Of a stretch of 64,000 bases of DNA, positions 12,701-24,888 are shown piece by piece (position 1 is the stretch's first letter; every line of letters starts with the position of its first letter). Made by a program: the position numbers and the translations under genes. The notes beneath the pieces are model-generated. The model was not told the DNA's origin, made no database searches, and was given only the letters and a program-made list of their open reading frames with translations. Location: contig NC_068992.1 of the NCBI RefSeq assembly GCF_001194135.2, positions 22,161,307 through 22,225,306 on the forward strand, read 5' to 3'. This stretch comes from Octopus bimaculoides. Its lineage: Eukaryota.

Positions 12701-14109
12701 CCATCCATCCATCCATCCATCCATCCACACATTAAAATATTTATAGATATGTGCATGCGTACATACGCATACATAAATACACTGTTGATATTACCTAAAC
12801 TCAAATGAAAGACCAATATGTCCGAAATTAGAACCAGCTATTTCATTGGAAATTTCAAAACTAAAAACAGAAAACATATCACAGAAAAATAAAAAAATAA
12901 AATACAACTTTACTAAAGTTCAACGCGTCACTTTTCCTTCTACATACAGACATACAAACATACATGCATAATCATATGTAAATATATATATATATATATA
13001 TANNNNNNNNNNNNNNNNNNNNNNNNNNNNNNNNNNNNNNNNNNNNNNNNNNNNNNNNNNNNNNNNNNNNNNNNNNNNNNNNNNNNNNNNNNNNNNNNNN
13101 NNNNNNNNNNNNNNNNNNNNNNNNNNNNNNNNNNNNNNNNNNNNNNNNNNNNNNNNNNNNNNNNNNNNNNNNNNNNNNNNNNNNNNNNNNNNNNNNNNNN
13201 NNNNNNNNNNNNNNNNNNNNNNNNNNNNNNNNNNNNNNNNNNNNNNNNNNNNNNNNNNNNNNNNNNNNNNNNNNNNNNNNNNNNNNNNNNNNNNNNNNNN
13301 NNNNNNNNNNNNNNNNNNNNNNNNNNNNNNNNNNNNNNNNNNNNNNNNNNNNNNNNNNNNNNNNNNNNNNNNNNNNNNNNNNNNNNNNNNNNNNNNNNNN
13401 NNNNNNNNNNNNNNNNNNATATATATATATATATATATATATATACAAACACAAGTAGCTAGACCATAATCTTACTTCATAAACACGCGTGCGCCCACAC
13501 TCACACACACGTACCCGCACACATTCTATTAAACAATTCACTCTAATCATTTCACTAAAACCAGTCAACTAAAACTAAAATCGTTGAATATTTTCCTTTC
13601 TTCGATTCATTGGAAAGAAGACTTTATTAAACACTTCTACAACTGTTTGTATTTATACATTGAAAAAATAGTATCTTTGGCGCCAGAGTTTACCGAGTAA
13701 TGGTGACCTTAGTGCCAGACTCTACCAGACTGCACTGAACAAAATAGCACGTCTGTTACTTAATTTTGTTTTGGCGACGCAGAACGTCGCTATTTTTTCC
13801 TGAGATTCCAGCTGTTTATGGTGTTATTTAGTGCCGGGCCTTCTCTGATCGAACAGACCTGCGTTCAAAAACATTTCAGCCTTGACCAATCGATGTTTTT
13901 TTTTTCAGACTAAGTGTATCCAAGACTACAGTGATACAATATGTACTTCTGTATGTAGGATGGTAGGTTACAAATTGAAGGACGTTTAGTTGCTATTACT
14001 ATTTGAAAGGCATATTGTATAGAATAGTGGCTCTCAACCGGGGTCCACATAATGATGGTAATGGTGGTGGGGCACGTGTAAGATTTTATTGCTAAAGTTT
14101 ATGACGAAT

Positions 14110-14260
14110 AGAGTAAAAGTTCTTTCCCGAATCATAGACTCATAAGGACCACTTTCTCGCTTTCCATGGCGTGTATATTCACCACCTGAACGGGACGCAG
14201 GTCCGTGACAGGATTACTCATTTTCACCAGTTGGGTGAACTGGATCAACGTAAAAGAATA
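14110..14260 (-). mobile_element. 5'-truncated CORE-like + T2 SINE
   Basis: Minus strand ccagttcacccaactggtgaaaatgagtaatcctgtcacggacctgcgtcccgttcagg...cgccatggaaagc...ccttatgagtc. Confidence 0.65.
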
Positions 14261-15249
14261 ATTCCTATAGGTTTAGAGATGAGTAACTAATTTACTAAAC
14301 ACTATGTATGTGATACACATCACCTACAGTCGATTGTATCGATCTATTGAACTCAACTGGTACTTGTTTTATATACGTTACAATCACCTTTAAAAAATTT
14401 AAGTAAGGAGAAATTAATACCTGGGAAGAAGTGGTAAGGTAGTATGGAAGCTGTTGTGAGAAAGAATAAAAGTATGGCCGTCTGAGATAAAATATTTCAA
14501 GGACTGAAGAGAACGTGTCTATCCTCCAGTATTTTCATGTTTTGTGGTATATCTTGACGCAGTCTGATTAGTAGATAAGACGATTAGGTTTCGCTTATCC
14601 CAAACGAATTATGTTTCACTTGAATATGAAACTTGAATTGCTGCTAAGATTCCACTGAGATAACACATTGTAGTAAGACTCGAGGAGATTAATGTTTTTT
14701 TTGTATATTCATAAGTATAGCTATGAAACAAATAATTAAGGAGAATATACACGAATTTATCTGCTTACACAGCTATAGTTCGAAAAATATTTTGATTAAG
14801 ACAACTAAATAATTTAAGGTAAATTCCGTCAGATTTTAAGAAGATGTACTAACTTTATTGTACAATAGAAAAGATTTCCAGTTTTGGTTAATGAAATTTA
14901 TGGCCGGCACCGATAAAAACTTAAGGAGGCAATGTAATTAGCGTAAGTAGTTTGTGTGAATTGTGAATGAAAGAAAATAAAACTCTACAACTTATATACA
15001 AAACAGAATCTTTCGCATAATGGTTTTTGATAAATACGATATAAGTTAATTACTAGTTGTTGCTAGAATTGATCTGTAAAATGCAGAATAGACGTATTAT
15101 CAAATTTAAAAGAGGTTTTGGCGAGAGGTAATGAAAATCAGATACCATAGAAGTTGTATGATAAGGAAAATGACCACGTTGAAAAAAAATGTAACTGATG
15201 TATGAACCTTAAGAGTGAAAAATATTATATAATAGGGTATTTGTGAAAA

Positions 15250-15688
15250 GTAGCGTGACTGCGTTGTAAGAAGTTTGATTTCCAGCCTCTGGGTTCAATC
15301 CCACTACGAGGCACCTAGGGGCAAGCTTCTTTTACTATAGCCTCGGGTCGACCAAAGCTTTGTGAGTGAAAGAAGCCCGTCGTATATATAAATATATCTA
15401 TGAATATATATATATATCTATGTGTGCGTGGCTTTGTGTCTGTGTTTGTCCCCCCCCCACCACTTGACAACCGNNNNNNNNNNTCCCCCCCCCCACCACT
15501 TGACAACCGATGTTGGTATGCTTGCATCCCCCGTAACATGGCAGTTCAGCAAAAGAGACCGATAAAATATGCACCAGGCTTAAAAATTAAGTGCTGGGGT
15601 CGATTCATTCGACTAAAATTTCCTGAAGGCGGTGCCCCAGCATGGCCGCAGTCTAACGCCGGAAAAAGGTAAAAGACAAAAGATAAAT
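15250..15688 (+). mobile_element. Family A SINE (contains a 10-N gap)
   Basis: Both halves are homologous to 2821-3230. Confidence 0.8.
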
Positions 15689-15704
15689 AATTATGTCACG
15701 GTAT

Positions 15705-15960
15705 AAGCGCGTGGTCTTGTGGTTAGGGTGTTGCACTCATGAGCGAAAGGTCGTGGTTTCTAAACCCGGATAGGGTGGTGCGTTGTGTTCCTTAGTAAAA
15801 CACTCCATTTCCCGTTTCTCCATTTCACTCAGCTGCAAATGTGTTCTAGCAGTAGCTAGGAACTTAACCCTGTGACGGACCGGCGTTGCAACCTCAGTCA
15901 CTTATACGCAATGGAAACCAAGTGAAGCTCCAGCCTTATGATTCCTAGGGTTAAAAAAGC
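15705..15960 (+). mobile_element. SINE H2 + CORE-like + T2 tail
   Basis: aagcgcgtggtcttgtggttagggtgttgcactcatg head, cactcagctg CORE-like block, and ggaccggcg...atggaaacc...ccttatga tail shared with 7041-7346. Confidence 0.7.
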
Positions 15961-16636
15961 AAGAAAAAAAAAGCGTTATACTATTGCGGTTTTATGGAAA
16001 TATGAAAAGTGAGAGTGTCTGAATCAGAAAACTTAACCGTTTAGAATTTAAACACGTATGTGTATATATATATACATACATACATATATATATATATATG
16101 TGTATGTATATATACATACATATCTATCTATACATACACATATATCTATATATACATACATACCTATCTATACATACACATATATCTATATATACATACA
16201 TACCTATCTATCTTTATATATATTCATACCTACCTATCTATATATATATATTCATACGTACCTATCTATATATATATATATATATAAACATACATATCTA
16301 CCTATCTATACATATCTATCTATCTATCTATCTATCTATCCTTACAGATAAAGACAGTGAAGAGCATCGTATGAGCAAGACAAAGAAACGAAAATACCAT
16401 TCAAATTAGAAAAACTACTACTACTACTACTACTACTACCTTCTACACTCGTAAGTTTCAGTAAGCAGGTGATAATTTACCATTATAATGATGACTATGA
16501 CGTCATATATAGATATTGATGATTATAATGCTAACTTTTGTCTTTTTTATTTAAATGACAATGTTAATGATGTTGATGCTGAGTTACGACACGGATAATG
16601 ATGATATTGAGAATGAGGCTGATGTTTACGGTGCGA

Positions 16637-17400
16637 TATGGTGATGATGGTGATGGTGGTGATGATGGTGATGGTGGTAATGGTGGTGATGGCAGCTGTA
16701 GTCATGACGATATCTTTGAAAGTTAGCCTGATCGTATTGACTGCGATGATGATAATGATGATGATGATGGGGATAATGTTGATGATGATGATGATTCAGC
16801 AAATGATGATGGCTGGCGGTATGGTAGTAGCAGCTATCACTGTGATAAGGATGAGGAAAATGACGACAGGGATGGTGGTGGTGGAGGTAGCGATGGTAGT
16901 GGTGGTTGCAGTGGTGATGGTGGTAGTGTCGGTGGTGGTGGTGGTGGTGGCGGTGGTAGTGGTGGTTGTAGTGTTGGTGATGATAATGATGATGATGACG
17001 ATGTTGATGGCGACGGTGACGATGACGACGGCGACGATGACGACGGCGACGATGAGGACGGTAATGAAAATGATGACGATGATGATGGTGATGATGTTTG
17101 ATAACAATGACGATGATGATGATGATGATTATCTCGACGACGACGGCGACGATGATGATGAAGTTGATAATGACGATGGTGATGATGTTGATAATGATGA
17201 TGATAACAACGATGATGATAATGGCGATCATGATGATTATGATGACATTCACGATGATTATGATGACATTCACGATGATTATGATGATAATGATGACGAT
17301 GATGATGTTGATGACGATGAAGACGATAATGATGATGACTATCATGATGACAATAATGATGATGACGACGACGACGATGATGATGATGATAATGATGATG
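16637..17400. repeat. ~760-bp (GGT/GAT/GAC)n trinucleotide mosaic
   Basis: Direct reading. Includes the 21-bp duplication gattatgatgacattcacgat x2. Confidence 0.9.
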
Positions 17401-17895
17401 TTTCATTTAAACAAACTAACCAAATAACCAGCCTCAAAATCTATTGACTCACCTGACCTCCCACTCAGAAGAATCTCTTCGACAATTTAATGACCAACAA
17501 TTTTCGAAAACTTCTCGTTTTGAACATTTTGTTTAATTATTCTCTTTTCAGTTTTGGTTTCGTAAATAAAATTAGTTGGCGTTTTTAATGAACCCATTAA
17601 GTGGATCGTTAACTATTTTAGCAGTAAACCGATACAGAATAGCTGTAATCTAAGATAATTATCATTAATAACAGGTATCATGAGTACTTGTGGAGTAGAA
17701 GAGTAGAGGAAAAACATGTTCACTTCACTTCTGTTGCGATACTCTACATTTGGGATTGTGCTTCAACGTTGGAGTGACATCACGAGGCTTTTGTACGCTG
17801 TTTTGTTTAATTACTTAAAATAAGTGACGCGTTTGTCACATCAATTCCCTCCATCACAAAACAAATAACTTTTCGTTCGGTGGCGAAGAATATAA

Positions 17896-18097
17896 GTTCC
17901 AAACTTTGGTACAAGACCAGCAAATTCAGAGGAAGAGCTAAGTCGATGGTATCGACTCTCAGTGTCCAACTGATACTTATTTTATCGACCGTGAAAGGAT
18001 AAAAGGCAAATTCGACATCGGCAGGATTTGAACTCAGAACGTAAAGACAGACGAAATGCCGCGAAGTATTTTGTCTGGCGTGTTAACGATTCTGCCC
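17896..18097 (-). mobile_element. Family E SINE
   Basis: Homologous to 19225-19445 in reverse orientation. Confidence 0.8.
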
Positions 18098-19224
18098 GTT
18101 TGTTGCTTTACAGGCTGCACGAATATGAATCGCTAAGAAGGCGCGCGGCCCAATCATTCCGATTCTGCTATGAATTTCGCCAGTTCGCCTCCTTATGTGA
18201 CACGAGTCCGCTGGCCTAACCACTGAGCCATTGCGCCTCCAGAAACGAATACTATAAAGTAATTAAAAAGCTGCGAGCTAGTAGAATCGTTAGAGTGTCG
18301 GACAATGGTATTCCTCCTGGTAAAGTGTTCAAATTACTCCGCGTCAACTGTGCTTCTCATCCTTTCAGGATCGATAAAATAGTACTAGTCGAGCACCGAG
18401 ATTACTGTAATCGACTAGTCACCTCTCTTCAAAGTAACAATAAAACGCTATTCCACACCTATATTTTAACATTTTTTTTAGTGTGTGTGTGTGTGGGGGG
18501 AATACAAACTGCATTCAGTAAAATTGCATACGTAAGATTTTGTAGTGGTGAAGAAACACTTCTAGAAGATAGAAAATTGGGAAATATTTCATTTGATGTT
18601 ATATTTTAACAGCTTGCAGAAAAACATCTATAAAGCAATAACCGTAACACAATTAATATTTTGAGAATAGCTGAAGGTTTTTCCCTTAATATTCTTATTC
18701 TGTCAATGGACACATCTGTTCTATAGGCTATAATCCGATCCTTGAAATGGGAAATTGAATAAAAATATTCTGACCTTGTTTAAATCTTATTCATCCACCA
18801 TAATGAAGTTCTATTTTGCTGTGGTTAACAAAAAAATTACCACATTTTTTTTTCGGTAGAGATTAAAATCCATAGCAATTTAAAATGAATTCACGAAAGT
18901 AAAGTGGCTACTAAAAAACGCAAACTTGAGGAATAGCAATTCGACAAAATTTCTAATTGTCAAAGACTTGCAGTCTATTTTACAACGTCAAGCATGTCAA
19001 CACCGGCACCAATGAAGTTTGTGGTAGTGAACAAACCGTGGGGGCCTCTTTTTAGCAATTTCAAACAGTTTTGATAGAAATGGTGATCGCAGTTACCAAC
19101 AGGGAAATAACGTGGATCAAGAAAAGGCAGAGCAGAATAATAAATAAGGGAGAGGATTAAGGGATTTCTAAAAATACGGCGACTTTTTAAACCGGTCTAT
19201 AACAGTTGGTAATAATTTCATACA

Positions 19225-19445
19225 GAACGAAGGCGGCAGACTGGAAGAAACGTTAGCACACCGGGCAATTCGGTTTAGCGGCATTTCGTCCGTCTTTACG
19301 TTCTGAGTTGAAATTGCGCCAAAGTCAACTTTGTCTTTTATCCTTTCGGGGTCAATAAAGTAAGTACCAGTTAAGCACTGGGGCCGATGTAATTGACTTA
19401 CCGCACTGTCCCGAAATTACTAGCATTTTGCCAAAATTTGAAATC
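19225..19445 (+). mobile_element. Family E SINE, full length with 14-bp TSD
   Basis: aataatttcataca at 19211-19224 and 19446-19459. Head gaaggcggcagactggaagaaacgttagc; B-box-like gagttgaaattg. Confidence 0.9.
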
Positions 19446-19567
19446 AATAATTTCATACATCATTTTGAGCAAGTTTCGTTAACTGTAGCCCCGAGTCAAT
19501 CAATGCCTTGTAAGTGACTTTGGTAGAAGGAAAATGTGTGGAAGCCCGTCGTATATATATAATACAG

Positions 19568-19971
19568 TTCTATATTTAAGAGATGAGGAATTATGTACAT
19601 TATTTACATTTGACGGATATTTGTCCACATCTTGTTTGTTGTTAACACAACGTTTCGGCTGATATACCCTCCAGCCTTTATCAGGTGTCTTGGGGAAATT
19701 TCGAACCTGGGTTATTATTATTCACTCCATAATTGCCCACGGGCATATGGTGCAGCAGTTAAGAGCGCGGGTTACTAACACCAAGATTCCGAGTTCGATT
19801 CCAGGCAGTGACTTGAATAGTAATAATAATAATAAAAATAACATTAAAAAATACCTTAAGAATAAGAACCCATGTTCGAAATTCCCCCAAGACACCTGAT
19901 GAAGGCTGGAGGGTGAAACCTTCTGTTAACAAACAAGATGAGGACAAATATCCGTCAAATGTAAATAATGT
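19568..19971 (+). mobile_element. tRNA-headed element carrying a minimal hammerhead motif, with a 5' inverted partial copy
   Basis: Inverted arms at 19598-19712 and 19867-19971. tRNA-like head at 19741-19810 (A-box-like tggtgcagcag, B box gagttcgattcc). Confidence 0.75.
19644..19689 (-). ncRNA. Minimal type I hammerhead ribozyme motif (G8A variant)
   Basis: Minus strand: gacac CTGATAA a ggctg-gagggtatat-cagcc GAAA cgtt gtgtt. Stem I is gacac/gtgtt, stem II is ggctg/cagcc, and palindromic AACGTT replaces stem III. The opposite arm retains CTGATGA (19896-19902). Confidence 0.65.
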
Positions 19972-19978
19972 GTGTGTA

Positions 19979-20035
<57 letters not shown>

Positions 20036-20269
20036 TTTTGTGTGTGTTTGTCCCCCACATCCCTTCACGATCGGTGTTGGTTTATTTACGTTTCCGTAAG
20101 TTAGTGGCCCAGCGAAAGAGACCGATAGAATAAGTAAATAAGTACGAGACATTGAAAACTAAGTAATGAGATCGATTCCTTTGACTAAAACCCTTCAAGG
20201 CGGTGCCCCAGCATGGCCGCAGTCAAATGATTGAAACAAGTAAAAGATAAAAGACACACTGAACACTGC

Positions 20270-20419
20270 GGCATTGTCTTAAAAGGTTTTAGTTGACCAA
20301 ACTGATTGCAGTACTCCTATCGGTGTCTTGCTGACCCGCTAATTTAAGGAGACGTAAACAAACCGACACCAGTTGTGAAGCAGTGTGTGTGTGTGTGTAT
20401 AAATACAAATACAAAGACA

Positions 20420-20478
<59 letters not shown>

Positions 20479-20640
20479 GCACGGGTTTCCACATGGGCTT
20501 CCACACACATACATACAAATAGGCTTCTATCTACCAAATTGACTTTCAAGGCATTGATCGGCCTGGGTCTATAGTTGAAGATGATTGCTGAAGGTGCCAC
20601 AAGGTGGAACTGAACCCCAAATTATCTGTTGGATGAACCA
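20270..20640 (-). mobile_element. Family A SINE, diverged, with (CA)n core
   Basis: Both halves are recognisable on the minus strand. Confidence 0.65.
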
Positions 20641-21961
20641 AATAATATACTGATAATTAAATGTCCTTAAATACACCTCGCACTCCTTGTGCTTATAGGT
20701 TTTTCTATAAAAGATTATATTAAATTAGTGTTCTCTGATGATGAATTAAATATGTATATAAATAAAACTAAATTTTCAGTCGCTCACTACTCGAAAAGTC
20801 TAAGCTACAGAAATGTTTGTTCACGCAACTGACTTTATTTATCACGCAATAATCCAGCACAGAGATTTAAATGAAAATATGAGACGCAGTGGATAAATCA
20901 GAAGCAAAAATTGTAGTGATTCATCTTGAAACCAACTAAATGAAGAAAACAATTGTTACACATACTTTATTACTTGTAGAAAGAGCATCATTGCGTAGCT
21001 CCATTTTCAAAAACCCCAATTCTTCACTGTTTATCTGTCCTTTGGCTCCCAAGATCTTTTGCATGGCTAGGAATGACTTTCGGGCCTTGTTTGAATGTTA
21101 CCTTGTTGTCGCTGGTTGCGATGGGGCCCCAATAATAGTTCAAGTTTCAAGCCGTCACAACCCATTAAATGTTTATCAACAATCATGTCCAAATCGAATT
21201 ATGTGTAGTCCAGACCCTTCATTTTGTTTTAGGACAGGACTAGTTATTCATCATACTCCTTCGTTAGGTATCTAAAATTCATGGAGAGCTACCTGTGATA
21301 GACTGAACACACCGAATCCAGGCTCCACGAGGTGATTCAACTTCGTGAAATGGTTAAATTTATTTCCTCTATATATTAATGGCATTCAATGAAGTCTAAA
21401 TTTAATAATCAGGTATCTAATCTACAACTTCATGTTTTTTTTTATCAACGGTTCTTCTCTAAATAATTTAGCAAGTTTAAGTGATAGACCAATAACAAAA
21501 TAAATCACTAACTTCATTAATTTAAATAAATATTGCCATTTTCGAAGAGAAATCTGTAAGCTGATACCAAGGAAGCCAAAAGCAGGAGGGGATAAGCGAT
21601 TGAAGACAAGGGAAATTCTTTTTCCAGCTTCGCCATTCCAGCTGAACAATAGAACATAGCAATGGTATTAACAGGTGATCTGTCAAAGTTTCACTCTTAG
21701 CAGCAGCCTAAACATTAATAATTAAAACTATGAAGGAAATTAATCTTTGACAGCAATTTGTTAGGATGTCGAAGGTTATAAATCCAACAATACTTGAGAG
21801 AAAATTGAAAGACGGAAAGAATGAAGGAGAAAAATAAAGGCAGGAAGAATGAGAGAAAGAGATGGTGAGAAAGAGAGAAATGAAAAGATGCAGAGAGAGA
21901 CTGAGAAAGAGGCAAAGATCGAGACCGAGAGAGAAAAAGTAAGTAACAAGATGAAAGTAAG

Positions 21962-22027
<66 letters not shown>

Positions 22028-23370
22028 GTATGAGAAAAGGAAGAAAGAGAACGATAGCTAGCTTAGTCGAATTACTTTCTTCGATTTAGACGAATACAAT
22101 AATCAAGTGTGGGTGATGGGCCACGAAGAAATGTTCCAATCAGGAAACTGTAGAGAAACCGAAAAACCAACCAATGAGGATAATGTAATAAATGTTAAAA
22201 TCTTACATGAAAAATACATCACCATTCAAAGTTCAACCACTCATATCCTGTACAAGTAAAGATTTCCAAGCTGTTTAATAAAAACTTCTCTGGCCTTCAG
22301 TCTCTGTGTATGTGTGTGGTTGGTAACCTTTATAAACTTTTGACTGTCTGAAATAATAATGCGTGCTAAGGAGAATTTAACCACGGTTGATTTTTATCAG
22401 TCGCATTTATTTAAACCGGATGGTAGAAATCATTATTAAAAACAGCTAGCAACAAAACAAAACTACAATAACAAGTAAAATACAAATAAGAAAAGTAAGA
22501 GAAAGAAGAATACAACAATAGAAACAAAAATGACAACAAAACAAAGAAAATATCTTCATCTATCAATCATATCTAAAATAGCTCCTGCAGTATATAATAA
22601 AGCTCTTAATTTACTCCATAGAAATGTTCAGAGCATGGTCGAATGGTTATTGCTACACCGTGACCCCCTCACCAGTCTTGATGTGTTTAACACAAGACAG
22701 AAGTAGATATTTTCAATTTAGTAAGATAGCAGCCGTCAAGAGTTCCAGGAAAGAAAATAGAGAGAGACCAAATTAAATAATTGTGTCTATAGACTCTATA
22801 ATACTCTAAAAAATATGGCGGCTGAACAACAACATGGCAGCTCAGCAGCTGAAATCCACTGTTTCTTTCCATACTTCTCTTTATGCTTTTTCTCTTTAAC
22901 CATTTTCATACCAATCCACCCGACATCGTCTTTCGTTGTATGGTACGAAACAGTCTGTTTTAATGTGATCATATTTAAAATTAAAATCTTTAGTTGTAAT
23001 TTTACGCAAGAAGCATTTTCTTATTTTATTAACTTGTTATGAAGTTGGCTATTTTACTCAATCTTTTGTGGTTGTACATTATTTTAAAAACTGAAACAGT
23101 ATGAAATCAAAACGATGTCTTGCGTATTATTATTCTTTAAACGTTCTGGCAGAATCAAACATAAAGATATTAATTGCTGGTGTGTTTTGTCACAGGAGAA
23201 CCACGTCTTTACGACTAATGCGGGTTCATTACACACACTGGAAATTATGGAACATTCGGTGTTTCGACATGTTGTGTCTCGTCAGTCAAAATCACCATCG
23301 GATTAATGAATCTAACAAGAGTCAATGTTTTTGTTGATGACTTCAGTGAACAAACTATTTGCTGGTCCGT

Positions 23371-23406
<36 letters not shown>

Positions 23407-23417
23407 NNNNNNNNNNG

Positions 23418-23640
23418 TGTGTGTATCTTTGTGTCTGTGTTTGTCCCTCTACCATCACCTAACAACCAATGTTGGTGTGTTTACGTCCCCGTTACATAGC
23501 GGTTCGGCAAAATAGACCGATGGAATAAGTAACAGGCGAATAAAGAATAAGTGCTGGGGTCGATTTCTTCGACTAAAAGACCTTAAAGGCGGTGCTCCAG
23601 CATGGCCACAGTGAAATGACTGAAACAAGTAAAAGGAAAG
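23418..23640 (+). mobile_element. Family A SINE 3' half
   Basis: tttacgtccccgttacatagcggttcggc...ggcggtgctccagcatggcc. Confidence 0.8.
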
Positions 23641-23662
23641 AAGAATATATATATATATATAT

Positions 23663-23708
<46 letters not shown>

Positions 23709-23796
23709 TCCACCACACGAGAACCGGTGTTGGTTTGTTTGTGTCACTGTAAATTAGCGGTTCGGCGAAAGAGACTGATTCTACCAGTTCGCCGCC

Positions 23797-23828
<32 letters not shown>

Positions 23829-24034
23829 TCTCACTAAACTAAATATACAGCTCAATACATTTTGGACAAAATAAGACCAATTATACCGACTCCAGTATTA
23901 ACTCCATTTGAGGTGGTGAGAAGCAAAGTGGACACCCAGCGGGATTTGAACTCAGAACATGAAAGACAAAAATCCCACAAGGATTTTTTTTTATGCGGCA
24001 CTCTAGTAAACCTCCCTACTTTGGCAAGAAATAA

Positions 24035-24470
24035 ATATACGTGACGGTATGGCTGTATGGTTAAGAAGATAACTTTGTAACAACTTGGTTTTGCGTTCAA
24101 TTCAACTGTGCAGTATCTTGGGCAAGTGTCTTCTACAATAGCTCTGGTCCGACCAATTTATTTACGAGTGAATTTGGTAAACGGAAACTATGTAGAAGCC
24201 TCATGTATCTGTTTGTGTGTTTGAGTATGTGTATGTGTATGTGCTTTGCTTGTCAGCCACAATGCACGACAACCGGTGTTGGTTTGTTTATATACCTGTA
24301 ACTTAGTGATTCGGTAAAAGCGACTGTTAGATAAGTAACAAACTTGAACCCCCCACCCCCCCAAAAAAACAGAATAACCACTGAGATCGATTTCTTCGAA
24401 AAAAATAAAACTTCTTCAAGACGGTACCCTAGCTCAGTTGCAGTTCAATGATTAAAACAACTAAATATAT
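24035..24470 (+). mobile_element. Family A SINE, full length, diverged
   Basis: Head tggctgtatggttaagaag...ttgggcaagtgtcttctac; 3' half is recognisable. Confidence 0.75.
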
Positions 24471-24497
24471 CAATAAATAGATTCGTTAATAAAACTA

Positions 24498-24888
24498 TTG
24501 CGACGTACGGTTGCGAGTCGTGGACAATGTCGAAGGCAGACGAGAAGAGAGTGAACGCTTTTGAAATGTGGTGTTACCGCAGAATCCTTAGTGTCATGGA
24601 CGGAGAGAAGGACGAACAACTGGGTACTAGAAAAGCTCGGTTGCGAGATGACGCTTCGGCGAAACATCATGAAGCGGAAGCTGGGATGGACTTGAGCGAA
24701 CGATCATAACTGGCAAGGTGAACAACAGACGTGAAAGAGGCAGACCAACCACTTCTTGGCTGAAAGACATCGCAGTCACAGGATTGTCTTTATTCTCAGC
24801 TGACTATGGGACAGAGGACAAGAGAAGGTGGCAAGACATCGTGATGACCACAGCATCGCATAGGGCGACACCTGACTAGAAGAGAGAG
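24498..24888 (+). mobile_element. 5'-truncated RTE-BovB-like LINE with 10-bp TSD
   Basis: ATYGCESWTMSKADEKRVNAFEMWCYRRIL / TERRTNNWVLEKLG / RRERGRPTTSWLKDI; (GA)n tail; aataaaacta at 24488-24497 and 24889-24898. Confidence 0.9.

Larger units (their letters stand above)
19460..20255 (+). mobile_element. Family A SINE split by the hammerhead-bearing element
   Basis: 5' half ends ggaagcccgtcgtatatatat at ~19560. 3' half resumes after (TA)n(TG)n at ~20035 and ends aagtaaaagataaaag. Confidence 0.8.

Noticed and set aside
14025-14050. tagtggctctcaaccggggtcc, a hAT/Charlie-like terminus
   Set aside because: Only one end was found, with no partner TIR or 8-bp TSD. It is too short to call.
15449-15509. 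Direct repeat tcccccccc-caccacttgacaaccg
   Set aside because: It straddles a 10-N gap inside a SINE and is likely the same assembly artefact.
19741-19810. Possible functional tRNA gene (likewise the SINE heads at 41602, 7346 and 2821)
   Set aside because: A and B boxes are present, but no complete cloverleaf with acceptor stem could be folded, and each is fused to repeat bodies.
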